From: a bacterium
Lineage (GTDB): Bacteria > Desulfobacterota > DSWW01
Assembly (NCBI GenBank): GCA_028277985.1
Contig: JANQFG010000119.1
Span: 3,911-67,910, forward strand
DNA: 64,000 nucleotides
Reading direction: 5' to 3'
Part shown: in pieces, positions 54,753 to 64,000 of the stretch
Numbering within the stretch: position 1 is the stretch's first letter
Layout of the letters: each line of letters starts with the position of its first letter
Made by a program: the position numbers and the translations under genes
Notes under the pieces: model-generated
The model's database searches: none
Told to the model about the DNA's origin: nothing
What the model saw: only the letters and a program-made list of their open reading frames with translations

Positions 54753-54937
54753 GTCTGCTTCCCTCTCTTTCCATGGACCTCGTTGGATGGGAAAGACAAC
54801 CATAACAAACCGACAGGGGGACTACAATCGCCGGGTCGGATTTGGGCCAGGGAGATCGGCCCCCTGCTGTTCAGGACGCCACAAGTAAGGATTTCAGCGA
54901 TCCGGGGCGATATAAATAGATAGGGAGGAAGCACTGA

Positions 54938-55837
54938 ATGATCTGCCCGAAGTGTGGGTTCGAGCAACAGGATGCCGTGGAATGCGTCCAGTGCGGTATC
55001 ATCATCGAGAAGTACCGTCACCCTGCTGAGGCGGTTCCCTATGATTCCGCAATAGCGGAGAAAGTCCCTGCAAGACCCGCCCCTTCCGTCCCCTGGAACG
55101 CTCTCCTCCGGCTGACCCTTCTCATCGGCATCGGCCTCTTATCGATATCCTATCTTCTCATGGACGACCTTCCGGGCGGTGACAAGATACTGGATGATCT
55201 CCTTCAGCACCCGGTCCAGACCGAGGTGAACATGGCCCCCTTCCAGATCGAGGCAGGAGAGATCGTCTACACCATAACCCCGCTCCACACCTACGAGCTC
55301 TATGGCCTCGTCGTGTCCCATCACAATTGCGGCACCTGGTGGGACATCTATCATCACGATCAGTGGAAGGACTTCATCAACGTCAAGGACCTGTGTGTGC
55401 TGTGGGGAAGCAACGTCGAAACAGAGGTCTACAAGGACATGCGCTTCACGAGCGATTCATGGACCTGCACGTACTACTGGCCCAATCACGAGGTCGGGGC
55501 CCGATTCAACCACACCTGCCTGTCCAACAATCATCTCCTGAGCCACAACGAGTCCGTAACCGACGCGCTTCTGAAGACATCCCGTGGAGACCAGATCTAT
55601 CTGCGTGGTTATCTGGCCGAGTATTCGCACAGCGGCGGCGAGTTCCATCGAGGAACGAGCGTTGACCGTACCGATACGGGAAACGGTGCCTGCGAAACGA
55701 TCTATGTGGAGGATTTTGAAGTCCTCCGGACGGGCACTCCCTTCTGGCGGACCACCTTTGCAGTTTCGAAGTACGTGATCCTTCTCAGCCTTCTCCTCAT
55801 CATCATCCGTTTCTTCCGATCCCCCGCGATCATCTAG
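54938..55837 (+). CDS. Hypothetical membrane protein with an N-terminal zinc ribbon
   Basis: MICPKCGFEQQDAVECVQCG, one TM helix after residue 55 or so, and a C-terminal TM helix. I recognised no family. Confidence 0.6.
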   Translation: MICPKCGFEQQDAVECVQCGIIIEKYRHPAEAVPYDSAIAEKVPARPAPSVPWNALLRLTLLIGIGLLSISYLLMDDLPGGDKILDDLLQHPVQTEVNMAPFQIEAGEIVYTITPLHTYELYGLVVSHHNCGTWWDIYHHDQWKDFINVKDLCVLWGSNVETEVYKDMRFTSDSWTCTYYWPNHEVGARFNHTCLSNNHLLSHNESVTDALLKTSRGDQIYLRGYLAEYSHSGGEFHRGTSVDRTDTGNGACETIYVEDFEVLRTGTPFWRTTFAVSKYVILLSLLLIIIRFFRSPAII

Positions 55838-57552
55838 GCGGTTTCGATCTTGGAAGCCTCTTCCAGGCCCAATTCCTCGATGGCGGTCTCACGCATCTTG
55901 AACTTCTGTATCTTGCCCGTCACGGTCATGGGGAAGTCCTCGGTGGTCGTTACGAACTTCCAGTACTTCGGCACCTTGAAGTGGGCGATCTTTCCCTTGC
56001 AGAAGGCCTTCATGTCTTCGTCGGTGAGTGCCTCGCCCTCCTTCGGCAAAACCCACGCCATGAGTTCCTCACCGTACTTGGCGTCCGGCACGCCGAGGAC
56101 GTACACGTCCATGACCTTCGGATGGGTCAACACGAATTCTTCGATCTCCCTCGGGTAGAGGTTTTCGCCTCCACGAATCACCATTTCCTTGATCCGGCCC
56201 GTGATCTTCACGTACCCTTCCTCATCCATGGTGCCCAGATCTCCGCTGTGAAGCCATCGGCTTCCATCGACTGTATCGGCGGTAGCTTCCGGGTTGTTGT
56301 AGTACCGGCTCATCACGTGATAGCCGCGGAAGCACAGCTCGCCCTGCTCTCCTCTGCCCACGACCCCACCCGTGACCGGATCGACGATCTTCAGCTCCTG
56401 CCACGGCATCACGCGCCCCACCGTCGAGACGCGCCTTTCGAGAGAATCCTCGATGCGGGTCATCGTCGTCACGGGTGACGCCTCGGTCTGGCCGTAGGCG
56501 ATGACCACCTCATTCATGTTCATCTTGGCGATGACCTCTTCCATCGTCTGGATCGGACAGGGCGCCCCGGCCATGATGCCCGTCCTCAGGGTCGAAAGGT
56601 CGTACTTGTCGAAGTCCGGAAGATTGAGCTCGGCAATGAACATGGTCGGCACACCGTGCAGGGCGGTGCACTTCTCCTTCTCCACCGCCTCGAACACCGG
56701 AACGGGTTCGAAGATCGGACAGGGGATCACCATGGTCGCGCCCGTGGAAACACAGGCAAGGTTGGACATGACCATGCCGAAGCAGTGATAAAAGGGAACG
56801 GGAATGCACAGGCGATCCCTCTCGGTGAAACGCATGACCTGCGACACGTGGTAGCCGTTGTTCAGGATGTTGAAATGGGTCAGGGTTACGCCCTTGGGGA
56901 ACCCGGTCGTACCGGACGTGTACTGAATATTGATGTCGTCGTCCGGGTCCAAGTCGATCGAAGCCCCCCGCAGGTCCTCATCGGGCATTTCCTTCCCATC
57001 TTCCACGATCTCGTCGAAGCGAAAAACTCCCTCCTCTCTACCTCCGATCAGAACCACGTTCTTGAGCGCCGGCAGTGCAGCCGCCTCCAACGCTCCCGGC
57101 GCGGAGCCCGGCAACTCCGGGCAGAGCTCGAGCAACATCTCGTAGTAGAGGGAAGTCTTGAAGGAGTGCATGAGGACGAGTGTCTCCGTCCCGGACTGCT
57201 CGAGGGCGTACTTGAGTTCGTGGGTACGGTAGGCGGGGTTGATGTTTACAAGGATCGCCCCGATCTTGGAGGTCGCAAACTGCGTGGCGACCCATTCCCA
57301 ACAGTTGACTGCCCAGATGCCCACGCGGTCGCCCTTCTTGACTCCGATTTTCAGGAGTCCCTTGGCAAGCCGGTCGGTCAATGCATCAAACTGGCTGTAT
57401 GTTAGTCGCACCTCCTGGTGCAGGGATACGAGCGATTCCCTTTCCGGGTACTTCTCGACACTCCTCTGCAGGCATTCTCCTATGGTCATGTAGAGCAGGG
57501 GCGTATCGACTGTTCCGTGGTCATAGCTGGGTCTTCCGGATCCCATGTACAC
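55834..57552 (-). CDS. AMP-dependent acyl-CoA synthetase/ligase
   Basis: YTSGTTGFPKGV, GYGQTE-like (AYGQTEAS) and TGDLG-like (SGDLGTMDEEGY) motifs. Confidence 0.9.
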   Translation of the reverse strand: MYMGSGRPSYDHGTVDTPLLYMTIGECLQRSVEKYPERESLVSLHQEVRLTYSQFDALTDRLAKGLLKIGVKKGDRVGIWAVNCWEWVATQFATSKIGAILVNINPAYRTHELKYALEQSGTETLVLMHSFKTSLYYEMLLELCPELPGSAPGALEAAALPALKNVVLIGGREEGVFRFDEIVEDGKEMPDEDLRGASIDLDPDDDINIQYTSGTTGFPKGVTLTHFNILNNGYHVSQVMRFTERDRLCIPVPFYHCFGMVMSNLACVSTGATMVIPCPIFEPVPVFEAVEKEKCTALHGVPTMFIAELNLPDFDKYDLSTLRTGIMAGAPCPIQTMEEVIAKMNMNEVVIAYGQTEASPVTTMTRIEDSLERRVSTVGRVMPWQELKIVDPVTGGVVGRGEQGELCFRGYHVMSRYYNNPEATADTVDGSRWLHSGDLGTMDEEGYVKITGRIKEMVIRGGENLYPREIEEFVLTHPKVMDVYVLGVPDAKYGEELMAWVLPKEGEALTDEDMKAFCKGKIAHFKVPKYWKFVTTTEDFPMTVTGKIQKFKMRETAIEELGLEEASKIETA

Positions 57553-57780
57553 CTCCTTGTTCGTTCAAGCTCCGACCCCTCTCTCCTGGGGGCTCAGCAT
57601 AGCCTCCCCGGCCGCAAAAAGCCACAGCATTCGAATCGATACCGCGATCCGAATCGCCGTGGAAATAACGATCCAAACCATGGTGCCGGGGCTCTTCCGT
57701 CTCGCATTCCACACGTTCGATCAAACCTATGAGATCGGGGAACCGCTTTTCCCTGCCCGGCGAAAAGTCTGCCCTCCCCT

Positions 57781-58839
57781 TCATATGACCCGTTCCTCGT
57801 CGAGCAATTGGAAGCTCGAAAGCTTCCAGTAATCCTCGGTGGGCACCATGGTCAACTGGGCCCTGTAGGTGTTGCAGCGATAGTGAACGTGACCCTCGTG
57901 GCTCACCGACCCGTACACATCCCAGTCTGCCACCAAAGATACACTTCCGTCCTGTCGGCCCTTCATCGACTCGATCGATTTGATGTCCAGTCGGTCGATG
58001 ATCGTGGAGGCGCCCTCTGTCCCATCCATACGCATGGACTGACGGTTCTGCAGGTACACTTCGTTCAGGAACTCGCCGGAAACGCTCCGTGCCAGATAGT
58101 CGTAGATCTCCGTATCCGTGTCCAGCATGAAGGCCCGGTAGGTGTTCAGCATCAGCCCTTGCAGGATTCGTTTCGCCTCCCCCTCGGAAAACGCTTCTTG
58201 CCGAAAGATCTTTTGCTCAATCGGAAGTCGACCGAGTGCGTGCCCGCAAAGGCTCCCAACGATGAGGGCGCAGGTGCAGAGGGCAATTCCTCTCCTGCGG
58301 GCCCGAGGCCGCAGACTGATCAACCATGCAGCGGGCAGGAGCAGCAAATATCGCCAGCGATCCACGAAACCGAGGCCCCCTTGCACCAACCCTTTCCCTC
58401 TATCGAGCTCTGACGCCGGGTCGGGAATCGTTGTCTCTCTCTTCGTGGGCCGGAGAACCGAGCGATGCACGACCCCGCTCGCGAACTGAACCCGCACAAG
58501 CGCATCCGTCATCGTCTGTTCCAGGCCTTCGATGCCAATACGTGCGCCTGCGATACCTGCTTCTCCGCACACCATACTCCACATCTCTATGACCGCTCCG
58601 CCCGCAGTCATTCGGCTCCTGGGTGTGGTCATTCGGCATTCCTGTGGAAAGACAGGCTGGAAACGATCCGGAATGTTCTGATAAAGGGGCACCTTCCAGA
58701 CAACACGGACCGCTCCGGAGTCGAATTCCTCCATATCGAGGCAGGCCGGGCGGATGTTGTCGGCCCGGGCAGACTGATCCGCCAGGCACCAGCACACCAG
58801 TCCCGCCACGAGAAGAAATGTAGAGATTCTACTCTGCAT
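57781..58839 (-). CDS. Hypothetical membrane protein (signal peptide, central TM pair, C-terminal soluble domain)
   Basis: Has a signal peptide and internal hydrophobic segments (YLLLLPAAWLISL, IALCTCALIVGSLCG). It is co-directional with the PPIase and DUF3604 genes. Confidence 0.6.
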   Translation of the reverse strand: MQSRISTFLLVAGLVCWCLADQSARADNIRPACLDMEEFDSGAVRVVWKVPLYQNIPDRFQPVFPQECRMTTPRSRMTAGGAVIEMWSMVCGEAGIAGARIGIEGLEQTMTDALVRVQFASGVVHRSVLRPTKRETTIPDPASELDRGKGLVQGGLGFVDRWRYLLLLPAAWLISLRPRARRRGIALCTCALIVGSLCGHALGRLPIEQKIFRQEAFSEGEAKRILQGLMLNTYRAFMLDTDTEIYDYLARSVSGEFLNEVYLQNRQSMRMDGTEGASTIIDRLDIKSIESMKGRQDGSVSLVADWDVYGSVSHEGHVHYRCNTYRAQLTMVPTEDYWKLSSFQLLDEERVI

Positions 58840-58857
58840 GTCGAGGATAACGAACGC

Positions 58858-59823
58858 TCATTCCCTGGTTCCGGAGTCGTCCATGTCGAGGGTGTAAGGC
58901 ATTCCTTCGAGAAGAACACGATACTGCGAACGCAGTTCCTGATAGGCCCTCTGCGAATCCGCTCTCTGCTTCGAGGCAATCCAGTCCGCTTCGACCCGCC
59001 CCTTGATCTCCTCCATCCCCGGAACCCGGGAGTCTGATCGCTCCTGAACATGAACCGCATGCAGCCCGTAGGCAGACCGTACCGGTCCATGCCAGGAGCC
59101 AGGCGAAAGGGTGTTGATCGTGTTCGAGAACTGCGTTCCGAATCGGCCCTCGATCTCTCGGGCATCGCACTCTTCACAGCGCGAGGGAAGCATGGAGGGG
59201 TCTCCGGCTTGAATCTCGGCCGGCGGCTCCGCAACCGACGCCCCCTCGAGGGATTCGAGTAGAGCCTTCACTGCTTGTCCCGCGCCCTCCACTCCCCGTG
59301 TATCCGTGTTGAAGAAGAGCTGAGTAAAGGTCACCCGCCCGGGGATCTCGTAAACACTCCGGTTCTCCTGGAAATACCTGCGCAAGTCCTCCTCCGAAGG
59401 CTCAGCCAGGGCAGACAGATCCTTGAACAGAAACTCCATCTTCTGGGCCAGCCTTCGACGTACAACGAGGTCGTCCTTGTCCAATCCCATCTCGACGGCC
59501 TCACGCTCCAGGATCCTCTCGCGGATGATCTGATTGACCTGGGCGCGAAGATCCTCGACCGCGGGCTCACGGCCCATGCGTTTCTTCCACATGGTCCTGA
59601 CCCATTCGATGTCGGCAGAAGACACCTCTACGAGATAAGGGTCTTCCGGACCCGATCCCGAGACCCGGTTCAGGGCGGCGTGGAGACCAAAGACGGCCAG
59701 GCCCAGGACGAATAGATGCAGTAGAGGCTCTTTGAGCCAGTGGCGGGTAGCGAGTGGCGAGTGGCGAAACGATTCCCCGTCACGCTCCTGCACACTTTCT
59801 TTCCTTGAGGTTCCGCAGATCAT
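58858..59823 (-). CDS. Parvulin-type peptidyl-prolyl cis-trans isomerase, membrane-anchored
   Basis: An N-terminal TM helix and the C-terminal parvulin motif GSWHGPVRSAYGLHAVHV. Confidence 0.8.
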   Translation of the reverse strand: MICGTSRKESVQERDGESFRHSPLATRHWLKEPLLHLFVLGLAVFGLHAALNRVSGSGPEDPYLVEVSSADIEWVRTMWKKRMGREPAVEDLRAQVNQIIRERILEREAVEMGLDKDDLVVRRRLAQKMEFLFKDLSALAEPSEEDLRRYFQENRSVYEIPGRVTFTQLFFNTDTRGVEGAGQAVKALLESLEGASVAEPPAEIQAGDPSMLPSRCEECDAREIEGRFGTQFSNTINTLSPGSWHGPVRSAYGLHAVHVQERSDSRVPGMEEIKGRVEADWIASKQRADSQRAYQELRSQYRVLLEGMPYTLDMDDSGTRE

Positions 59824-59834
59824 CTTCCCGCCGA

Positions 59835-60197
59835 TTACCTTCCTTCTTCAAGCTTTCTGATGGTGGCACTCAGTATCCGATTGATTTCGTCTGCAAGTAG
59901 TATGCGTTGTCTGACAATGTCCTCAGGAAGCCAATGTCGCAACCTCTTGTAGCGACCCTGAGTTTCACGGAGAGACCCTCGTGCGATGATGAGGAAGCGT
60001 CTGTATTCCGCACTACTTTCCCGTCCGTAACCTTCTTCTATGTTGGAACAAACGGAATCAGCACTCGCTAATTGCTGGCTGACAAGTCGCTCAGTTCTTC
60101 GATCTCGCAGCCATTGCTCGACATCTTGAACGACCAAATCGAAGAGCTCCTGGGCCTTCTGATAGGCCCCAAAACTCTCCAGATTGCCACTACTCAT
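59835..60197 (-). CDS. Four-helix-bundle protein (23S rRNA intervening-sequence protein family)
   Basis: FGAYQKAQELFDLV ... SNIEEGYGRES..EYRRFLIIARGSLRETQ is the family signature (PF05635/TIGR02436). The GC content is visibly lower than in the flanks. Confidence 0.8.
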   Translation of the reverse strand: MSSGNLESFGAYQKAQELFDLVVQDVEQWLRDRRTERLVSQQLASADSVCSNIEEGYGRESSAEYRRFLIIARGSLRETQGRYKRLRHWLPEDIVRQRILLADEINRILSATIRKLEEGR

Positions 60198-60223
60198 CTC
60201 TTGTCTTTTGCCACTTGCCACTC

Positions 60224-62104
60224 CTATGGTGAATACCATATCGGTGACGTGTAGGCTCGTTCTTGTGTGACCGTTGGCACGTTCTCGGGTAGCTCGGTGC
60301 CGAACCGCTTGGCATCGTAAGCCGTCCAGCGCGGCGTCGGGATCTCGATCACGCGAACATAATAGAAAGCGCGCTCCTTCGGGTCGAAATCGGGATCCTT
60401 CCAGAAGGCCATCATGACAGGGACACCCACGGTGTTCGAGTAGGTGGCGCTGGCCACGTCGACCGTGCTGACCACCCTCTCACGGCAGCGGCCGCCCTTG
60501 CCGATCTCGCGACCGTCCGACACCGCCGCATCATACACCTTTTCGTGGAGATCACCCTTGCCGTCGAGCCATCCCTTGATGATCTGAATTCGCTCCAGGT
60601 TGGCACCGTCCGCATCCCGAAGCGCCTGGACCATGAACCTGGGTGCCCCGCCGTTCGGCGCCCCCGGCAGATCCCCACCCATGGGCACCCCTCGCGTGTA
60701 ACCCGCATCCACAAAATCGGGTCTCACCAGATCTTCCGGCTGGAAGTCCCACCCGGCAAATACCCGAACAACCATTCTGGGTCCAGTGGTTGCGTACGTC
60801 TCCTTGCTCTTCATCGCCTCGAACAGGGCCTCGCGGGTATTCTCCCGCGCCCAGACCGCGGCCAGTGCGCCCGCGACCTGTTGCCACCCAAGGACCTCCA
60901 CCTTTCCGATCTTGGCCAGGGCATGGTTGACGCGACCCGGATTCGGCTCCAGGCCGGAGTGCTTTCCCCAGAAATTGTCTTCCCCTGCCGTTGCCAGACC
61001 GGTGTGACTGTCCGTGCTGCCGATCAGCCCGAACTTGTACGGATTTGTGCCCAACTCCTGTTCCAGCTTCAGCCCGAGCTTCAGGGCCGATCGCCCGTAT
61101 TCGTACTCGAGCATCCAGTCCTCTTTGAGCTGCGACCCGTCCAGGTTGCATATGTCCCAGTTCTCAAAATCCGCAAACTCGTCGTTCGGGGAGAGGAAGG
61201 GATGGGTCTCCCCGTCGCCCTTGATCTGGGTGACCTCGTAGATGGGCTCCCATCGCTCTCGCATCTGTGCACATTCCCGTGAGAACTTCTCCCCATTGAG
61301 CCGCTCGGTCTGGAACATCATGCCGTTGCTGAGGTTACCGTTGTGGGGAATGGCCAGGACCTCTCCTCCCGTCTTCTTCTCATAGGCCTGCATGTACGCC
61401 CAGAGTTTCTCCGGGTCCGGACTGTCGAAGCTCGAGTAGGGCACCACCCGCGTGACCGTATCGGCACCGTCCTTGAAAATGACCACTCTGTGGAGGTTGT
61501 TCCCTTCCAGGAGGGAGGTCCACTCGTAGCCGATGAAAGCGGTGAAGACCCCCGGCCGGTTGTGCCGATCCGCGTTCTGGCCCACCTCCTGCCAGACGCT
61601 CGCCTTCAACTCCGGCACTTTCATGAGTTCCTGGTTCTTGGAGAGCGACCCGACGACTTCCATGGCCGCCCTGAAGGGCCCATCCTCGCCGGACCGGGCA
61701 ATTTCAAAGACCTTCTTCCCGTAGTCCGTCGACAGGACCTGCGGGTCGCCCGCAAACAGTCGGTGGACAAAGCCCAAATACTCCGCGTGATCGGCAACAA
61801 CGAGGAAATCCAGGGGTCGAACCAATCTGACCGGCAACCCGTGGGTCGCCTTTACCTCCTCGCCCCTGGCAAAGCGTAGGGCCTCATCCGGCCCGAGCCT
61901 CACCCCGAACAGGAAGGCGTCCGGGGAATTGGTGGTGTGGAGGTGGGTGTCGCCGAAATAGACGTTTCTCGGGTAGTCCTTGCCCACATTCGGCGAGTAG
62001 GGCTTTGCCGTTGCGGCCTCAGCAGTGGCGGTACCCGCCAGCACCAGCGCCAAGACTCCCATGCGGATTGCTGCGAGCGACAACCCCGGAGATCGTCTCC
62101 TCAT
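60224..62104 (-). CDS. DUF3604-domain protein, secreted
   Basis: A signal peptide followed by NVYFGDTHLHTTNSPDA (a PHP-like metal site). The roughly 620 aa size is typical of DUF3604. Confidence 0.8.
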   Translation of the reverse strand: MRRRSPGLSLAAIRMGVLALVLAGTATAEAATAKPYSPNVGKDYPRNVYFGDTHLHTTNSPDAFLFGVRLGPDEALRFARGEEVKATHGLPVRLVRPLDFLVVADHAEYLGFVHRLFAGDPQVLSTDYGKKVFEIARSGEDGPFRAAMEVVGSLSKNQELMKVPELKASVWQEVGQNADRHNRPGVFTAFIGYEWTSLLEGNNLHRVVIFKDGADTVTRVVPYSSFDSPDPEKLWAYMQAYEKKTGGEVLAIPHNGNLSNGMMFQTERLNGEKFSRECAQMRERWEPIYEVTQIKGDGETHPFLSPNDEFADFENWDICNLDGSQLKEDWMLEYEYGRSALKLGLKLEQELGTNPYKFGLIGSTDSHTGLATAGEDNFWGKHSGLEPNPGRVNHALAKIGKVEVLGWQQVAGALAAVWARENTREALFEAMKSKETYATTGPRMVVRVFAGWDFQPEDLVRPDFVDAGYTRGVPMGGDLPGAPNGGAPRFMVQALRDADGANLERIQIIKGWLDGKGDLHEKVYDAAVSDGREIGKGGRCRERVVSTVDVASATYSNTVGVPVMMAFWKDPDFDPKERAFYYVRVIEIPTPRWTAYDAKRFGTELPENVPTVTQERAYTSPIWYSP

Positions 62105-62357
62105 GACTCGTCCTCCTTTCCCGAGTTAGGCATGAGTCGCCCGTTTCCGGACCGGGCAACACCTGATTCAATACACACGACGGCAAGGAGCTGTCAATGC
62201 TTTCTTTTCTATGGGCCGATTCCCCGTTTGTACGACCCGGAAGAAGGGAACAAGCATTGCCTTTCTTCGGCCGATCTGCTCTATTCGACCCGGGCGAGAT
62301 GTATCGCGCGGACCCACCAGATCGAGAGCCCTTCACGGCGGATGGAGGCAGGCCATA

Positions 62358-63644
62358 ATGAGGATGCGGAAGAACCTTCCAGAGCCACAGGCCCTTCTTC
62401 TCCACTTCTTAACGATCGCTCTGGTCCTCCATACGCTGGCTGCTGCCGGATGCTCATCCTACAAGCCGAAGCCCATGGAGGGAGTAGGCTTCATGGAGCG
62501 GGCGCAGACACAGACGGAAGGCAGCGTGCGCGTTACGGCCGCCGTACTCAGCGCAAAGGAGGCGAAGGCTGCCTTCGACCTGAAGCTCTACAGGAAGGAA
62601 ATTCAGCCCGTCTGGATCGAAATCGAAAACGGGGATGACGACCCGGTCTGGTTCCTGCCCTACGGCATCGATCCGGACTACTTCCCTCCTCTCGAAGTAG
62701 CCTACATGCATCACTCCTGGCATTGGAAGAAGGCGAAAGAGGAAATGGACCGGCACTTCTTTGAAAACAGTATCGGTCTGTATGTCGGGCCCGGCAGTAC
62801 CCGGTCCGGCTTCGTCTTCACCCATCTGGACGAGGGAACCAAGGCATTCAACGTGGATCTGATCACGGATGACAATGAAGTCCGGACCTTCACCTTCTTC
62901 ATCCAGGTCCCGGGACTTCGGATCGATCATCATGAAGTCGATTTCGCGTCACTCTACCCGGAAGAGGAGGTCTTCTCCTACAAGGAGGCCGGTTTTCGAA
63001 AAGCATTGGAGAATCTGCCCTGTTGCACCAAGAACAAGAAGGGGAACGAACTGGGCGACCCTCTCAATCTGATTGTCATCGGTGAAAGCGAGGATGTGTA
63101 TCACGCTCTCATTCGCGCCGGATGGGACGAGACCGAAACCATCTACCGGAGGTCTTTGTGGAAGACAAGCAAATCCTTCCTATTCGGCGGTCGCTACCGT
63201 TATTCTCCGATCAGTGCCCTCTATGTTTTTGGGCGGCCACAGGATGCCGCCTTCCAGAAAGCAAGAGGATCGATCCACGAACGAAACCATCTCAGGCTAT
63301 GGCTGGCACCGATGCGCTATGAGGGGAAACCCGTGTGGGTCGGCCAGATCAGCAGGGATATCGGCGTGCGCTTCACCAAGAAGACCATCACCACCCACAA
63401 GATCGACCCGGACGTGGATGAGGCGAGGGCCTTCCTGATTCAGGATTTCTGGTACTCGGGAGGACTCGCCAAATTCGGTTACGCGGAAGGGGTGGGGGCG
63501 GCACCTATCGACGAACCTCGCGGAAACCTTACCGGGGATCCCTATTTCACGGACGGGCTCCGCGCCGTTCTCTGGCTCACAAGCGAGCCGATTTCGTTTT
63601 CAGACGTCGAAAGTGAGGAGTGGGAAATCCCACCCCATAGGTGA
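62358..63644 (+). CDS. LssY C-terminal-domain lipoprotein
   Basis: Lipobox LAAAGC. GDPLNLIVIG...AGW....RNHLRLW matches my memory of PF14067. Confidence 0.65.
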   Translation: MRMRKNLPEPQALLLHFLTIALVLHTLAAAGCSSYKPKPMEGVGFMERAQTQTEGSVRVTAAVLSAKEAKAAFDLKLYRKEIQPVWIEIENGDDDPVWFLPYGIDPDYFPPLEVAYMHHSWHWKKAKEEMDRHFFENSIGLYVGPGSTRSGFVFTHLDEGTKAFNVDLITDDNEVRTFTFFIQVPGLRIDHHEVDFASLYPEEEVFSYKEAGFRKALENLPCCTKNKKGNELGDPLNLIVIGESEDVYHALIRAGWDETETIYRRSLWKTSKSFLFGGRYRYSPISALYVFGRPQDAAFQKARGSIHERNHLRLWLAPMRYEGKPVWVGQISRDIGVRFTKKTITTHKIDPDVDEARAFLIQDFWYSGGLAKFGYAEGVGAAPIDEPRGNLTGDPYFTDGLRAVLWLTSEPISFSDVESEEWEIPPHR

Positions 63645-63713
63645 AACCTGGTACGACCGACCCGCACGCACTCCCCAGGACCGTTGATCGACGAGAGCAG
63701 CAAGGAAGGAGTC

Positions 63714-64000
63714 ATGTCTCCGGACGAGCACAAAGAAAGCCAGGAGCAGGATCTCATTCGCTACACTTCTTGCGGGTTTCACTGTTTCGACCAGTGTGTC
63801 CTCAAGGTTCGGGTCCGTGACGGACGGATCGTGTCTGTGGAACCGGACGACACGATACACCCTGGGACGGCCAGAGAGGGGGAACACGGGGCGGACAACC
63901 TGTCGAGTCTTTCCATGGTCCAATATCGACCCTGCCCCAAGGGATACGCCATGGCCCATGCACTGGAGGATCCCCGTCGGGTGATTCATCCCATGAAGCG
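63714..64000 (+). CDS. Molybdopterin (bis-MGD) oxidoreductase, N-terminal part only (runs off the window end)
   Basis: AAGGAAGGA RBS. SCGFHCFDQC...VRVRDGRIVSVEPD...PCPKG is the N-terminal 4Fe-4S Mo/W-bisMGD-type domain pattern. Confidence 0.7.
   Translation, partial: MSPDEHKESQEQDLIRYTSCGFHCFDQCVLKVRVRDGRIVSVEPDDTIHPGTAREGEHGADNLSSLSMVQYRPCPKGYAMAHALEDPRRVIHPMK

Noticed and set aside
59741-59770. Short AGTGGCG repeats inside the PPIase gene
   Set aside because: There are three 7-mers, one of them separated from the others, in coding sequence that translates sensibly (SPLATRHW). This is too short and irregular to count as a meaningful tandem repeat.
1-64000. Search for CRISPR arrays, tRNA or rRNA genes, integrases or transposases, toxin-antitoxin pairs, reverse transcriptases and phage genes
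   Set aside because: I saw no regularly spaced direct repeats, no tRNA-like or rRNA-like sequences in the intergenic regions, and no ORF with recombinase, transposase or RT motifs. Apart from the small four-helix-bundle gene, the window looks like metabolic chromosomal DNA rather than a mobile or defence island.

Overview
GC-rich (about 60% by eye) chromosomal segment. Its gene content suggests an anaerobic bacterium that uses sigma-54, of the Desulfobacterota / deltaproteobacterial type: an octaheme cytochrome c, HdrD/GlcF-type CCG iron-sulfur proteins, several radical SAM enzymes and NifX-like proteins. The taxonomy is inference only. I call about 62 protein-coding genes. I recognised no rRNA, tRNA, CRISPR array, integrase or transposase. 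All family names come from reading motifs in the translations, with no searches run, and Pfam accessions are quoted from memory.

Layout:
- 1-10.4 kb: a sigma-54/PAS-activator-centred island with four NifX/NifB-type small proteins, DUF5320, Mrp/NBP35, NifU-like, DUF59, an MBL-fold protein and a class-V aminotransferase. An HAO-type octaheme cytochrome and a MenA-like prenyltransferase sit inside it.
- 10.3-22.4 kb: housekeeping and mixed genes (GT4, NUDIX, YqgE, purF, AmpG-like MFS, mgtE, a UDP-sugar pyrophosphorylase, unknown proteins, an FAD oxidoreductase).
- 22.4-38.5 kb: a TetR-flanked locus that I rank as the best candidate for an undescribed system. It combines a DUF35/thiolase pair, a PaaK-like ligase, a fused double VAO-type flavoprotein with a GlcF/HdrD-like partner, three CruF/DUF422-like membrane proteins each followed or separated by tiny 2-TM ORFs, two SDRs, an internally duplicated Cys-motif protein and an alpha/beta hydrolase.
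- 38.5-46.6 kb (minus strand): TetR, a B12-radical SAM enzyme and an exported amidase, then PaaX, a DsbA-like isomerase, a crotonase, a methyltransferase and a radical SAM enzyme.
- 46.7-64 kb: DUF374, a decayed or rearranged CHASE4 histidine-kinase locus, sugar kinase, saccharopine dehydrogenase and flavoprotein genes, an acyl-CoA synthetase, a DUF3604/PPIase/membrane-protein cluster interrupted by a low-GC four-helix-bundle gene, an LssY-like lipoprotein, and the start of a molybdopterin oxidoreductase.

Many long ORFs in the supplied track are antisense shadows typical of GC-rich DNA and were rejected.
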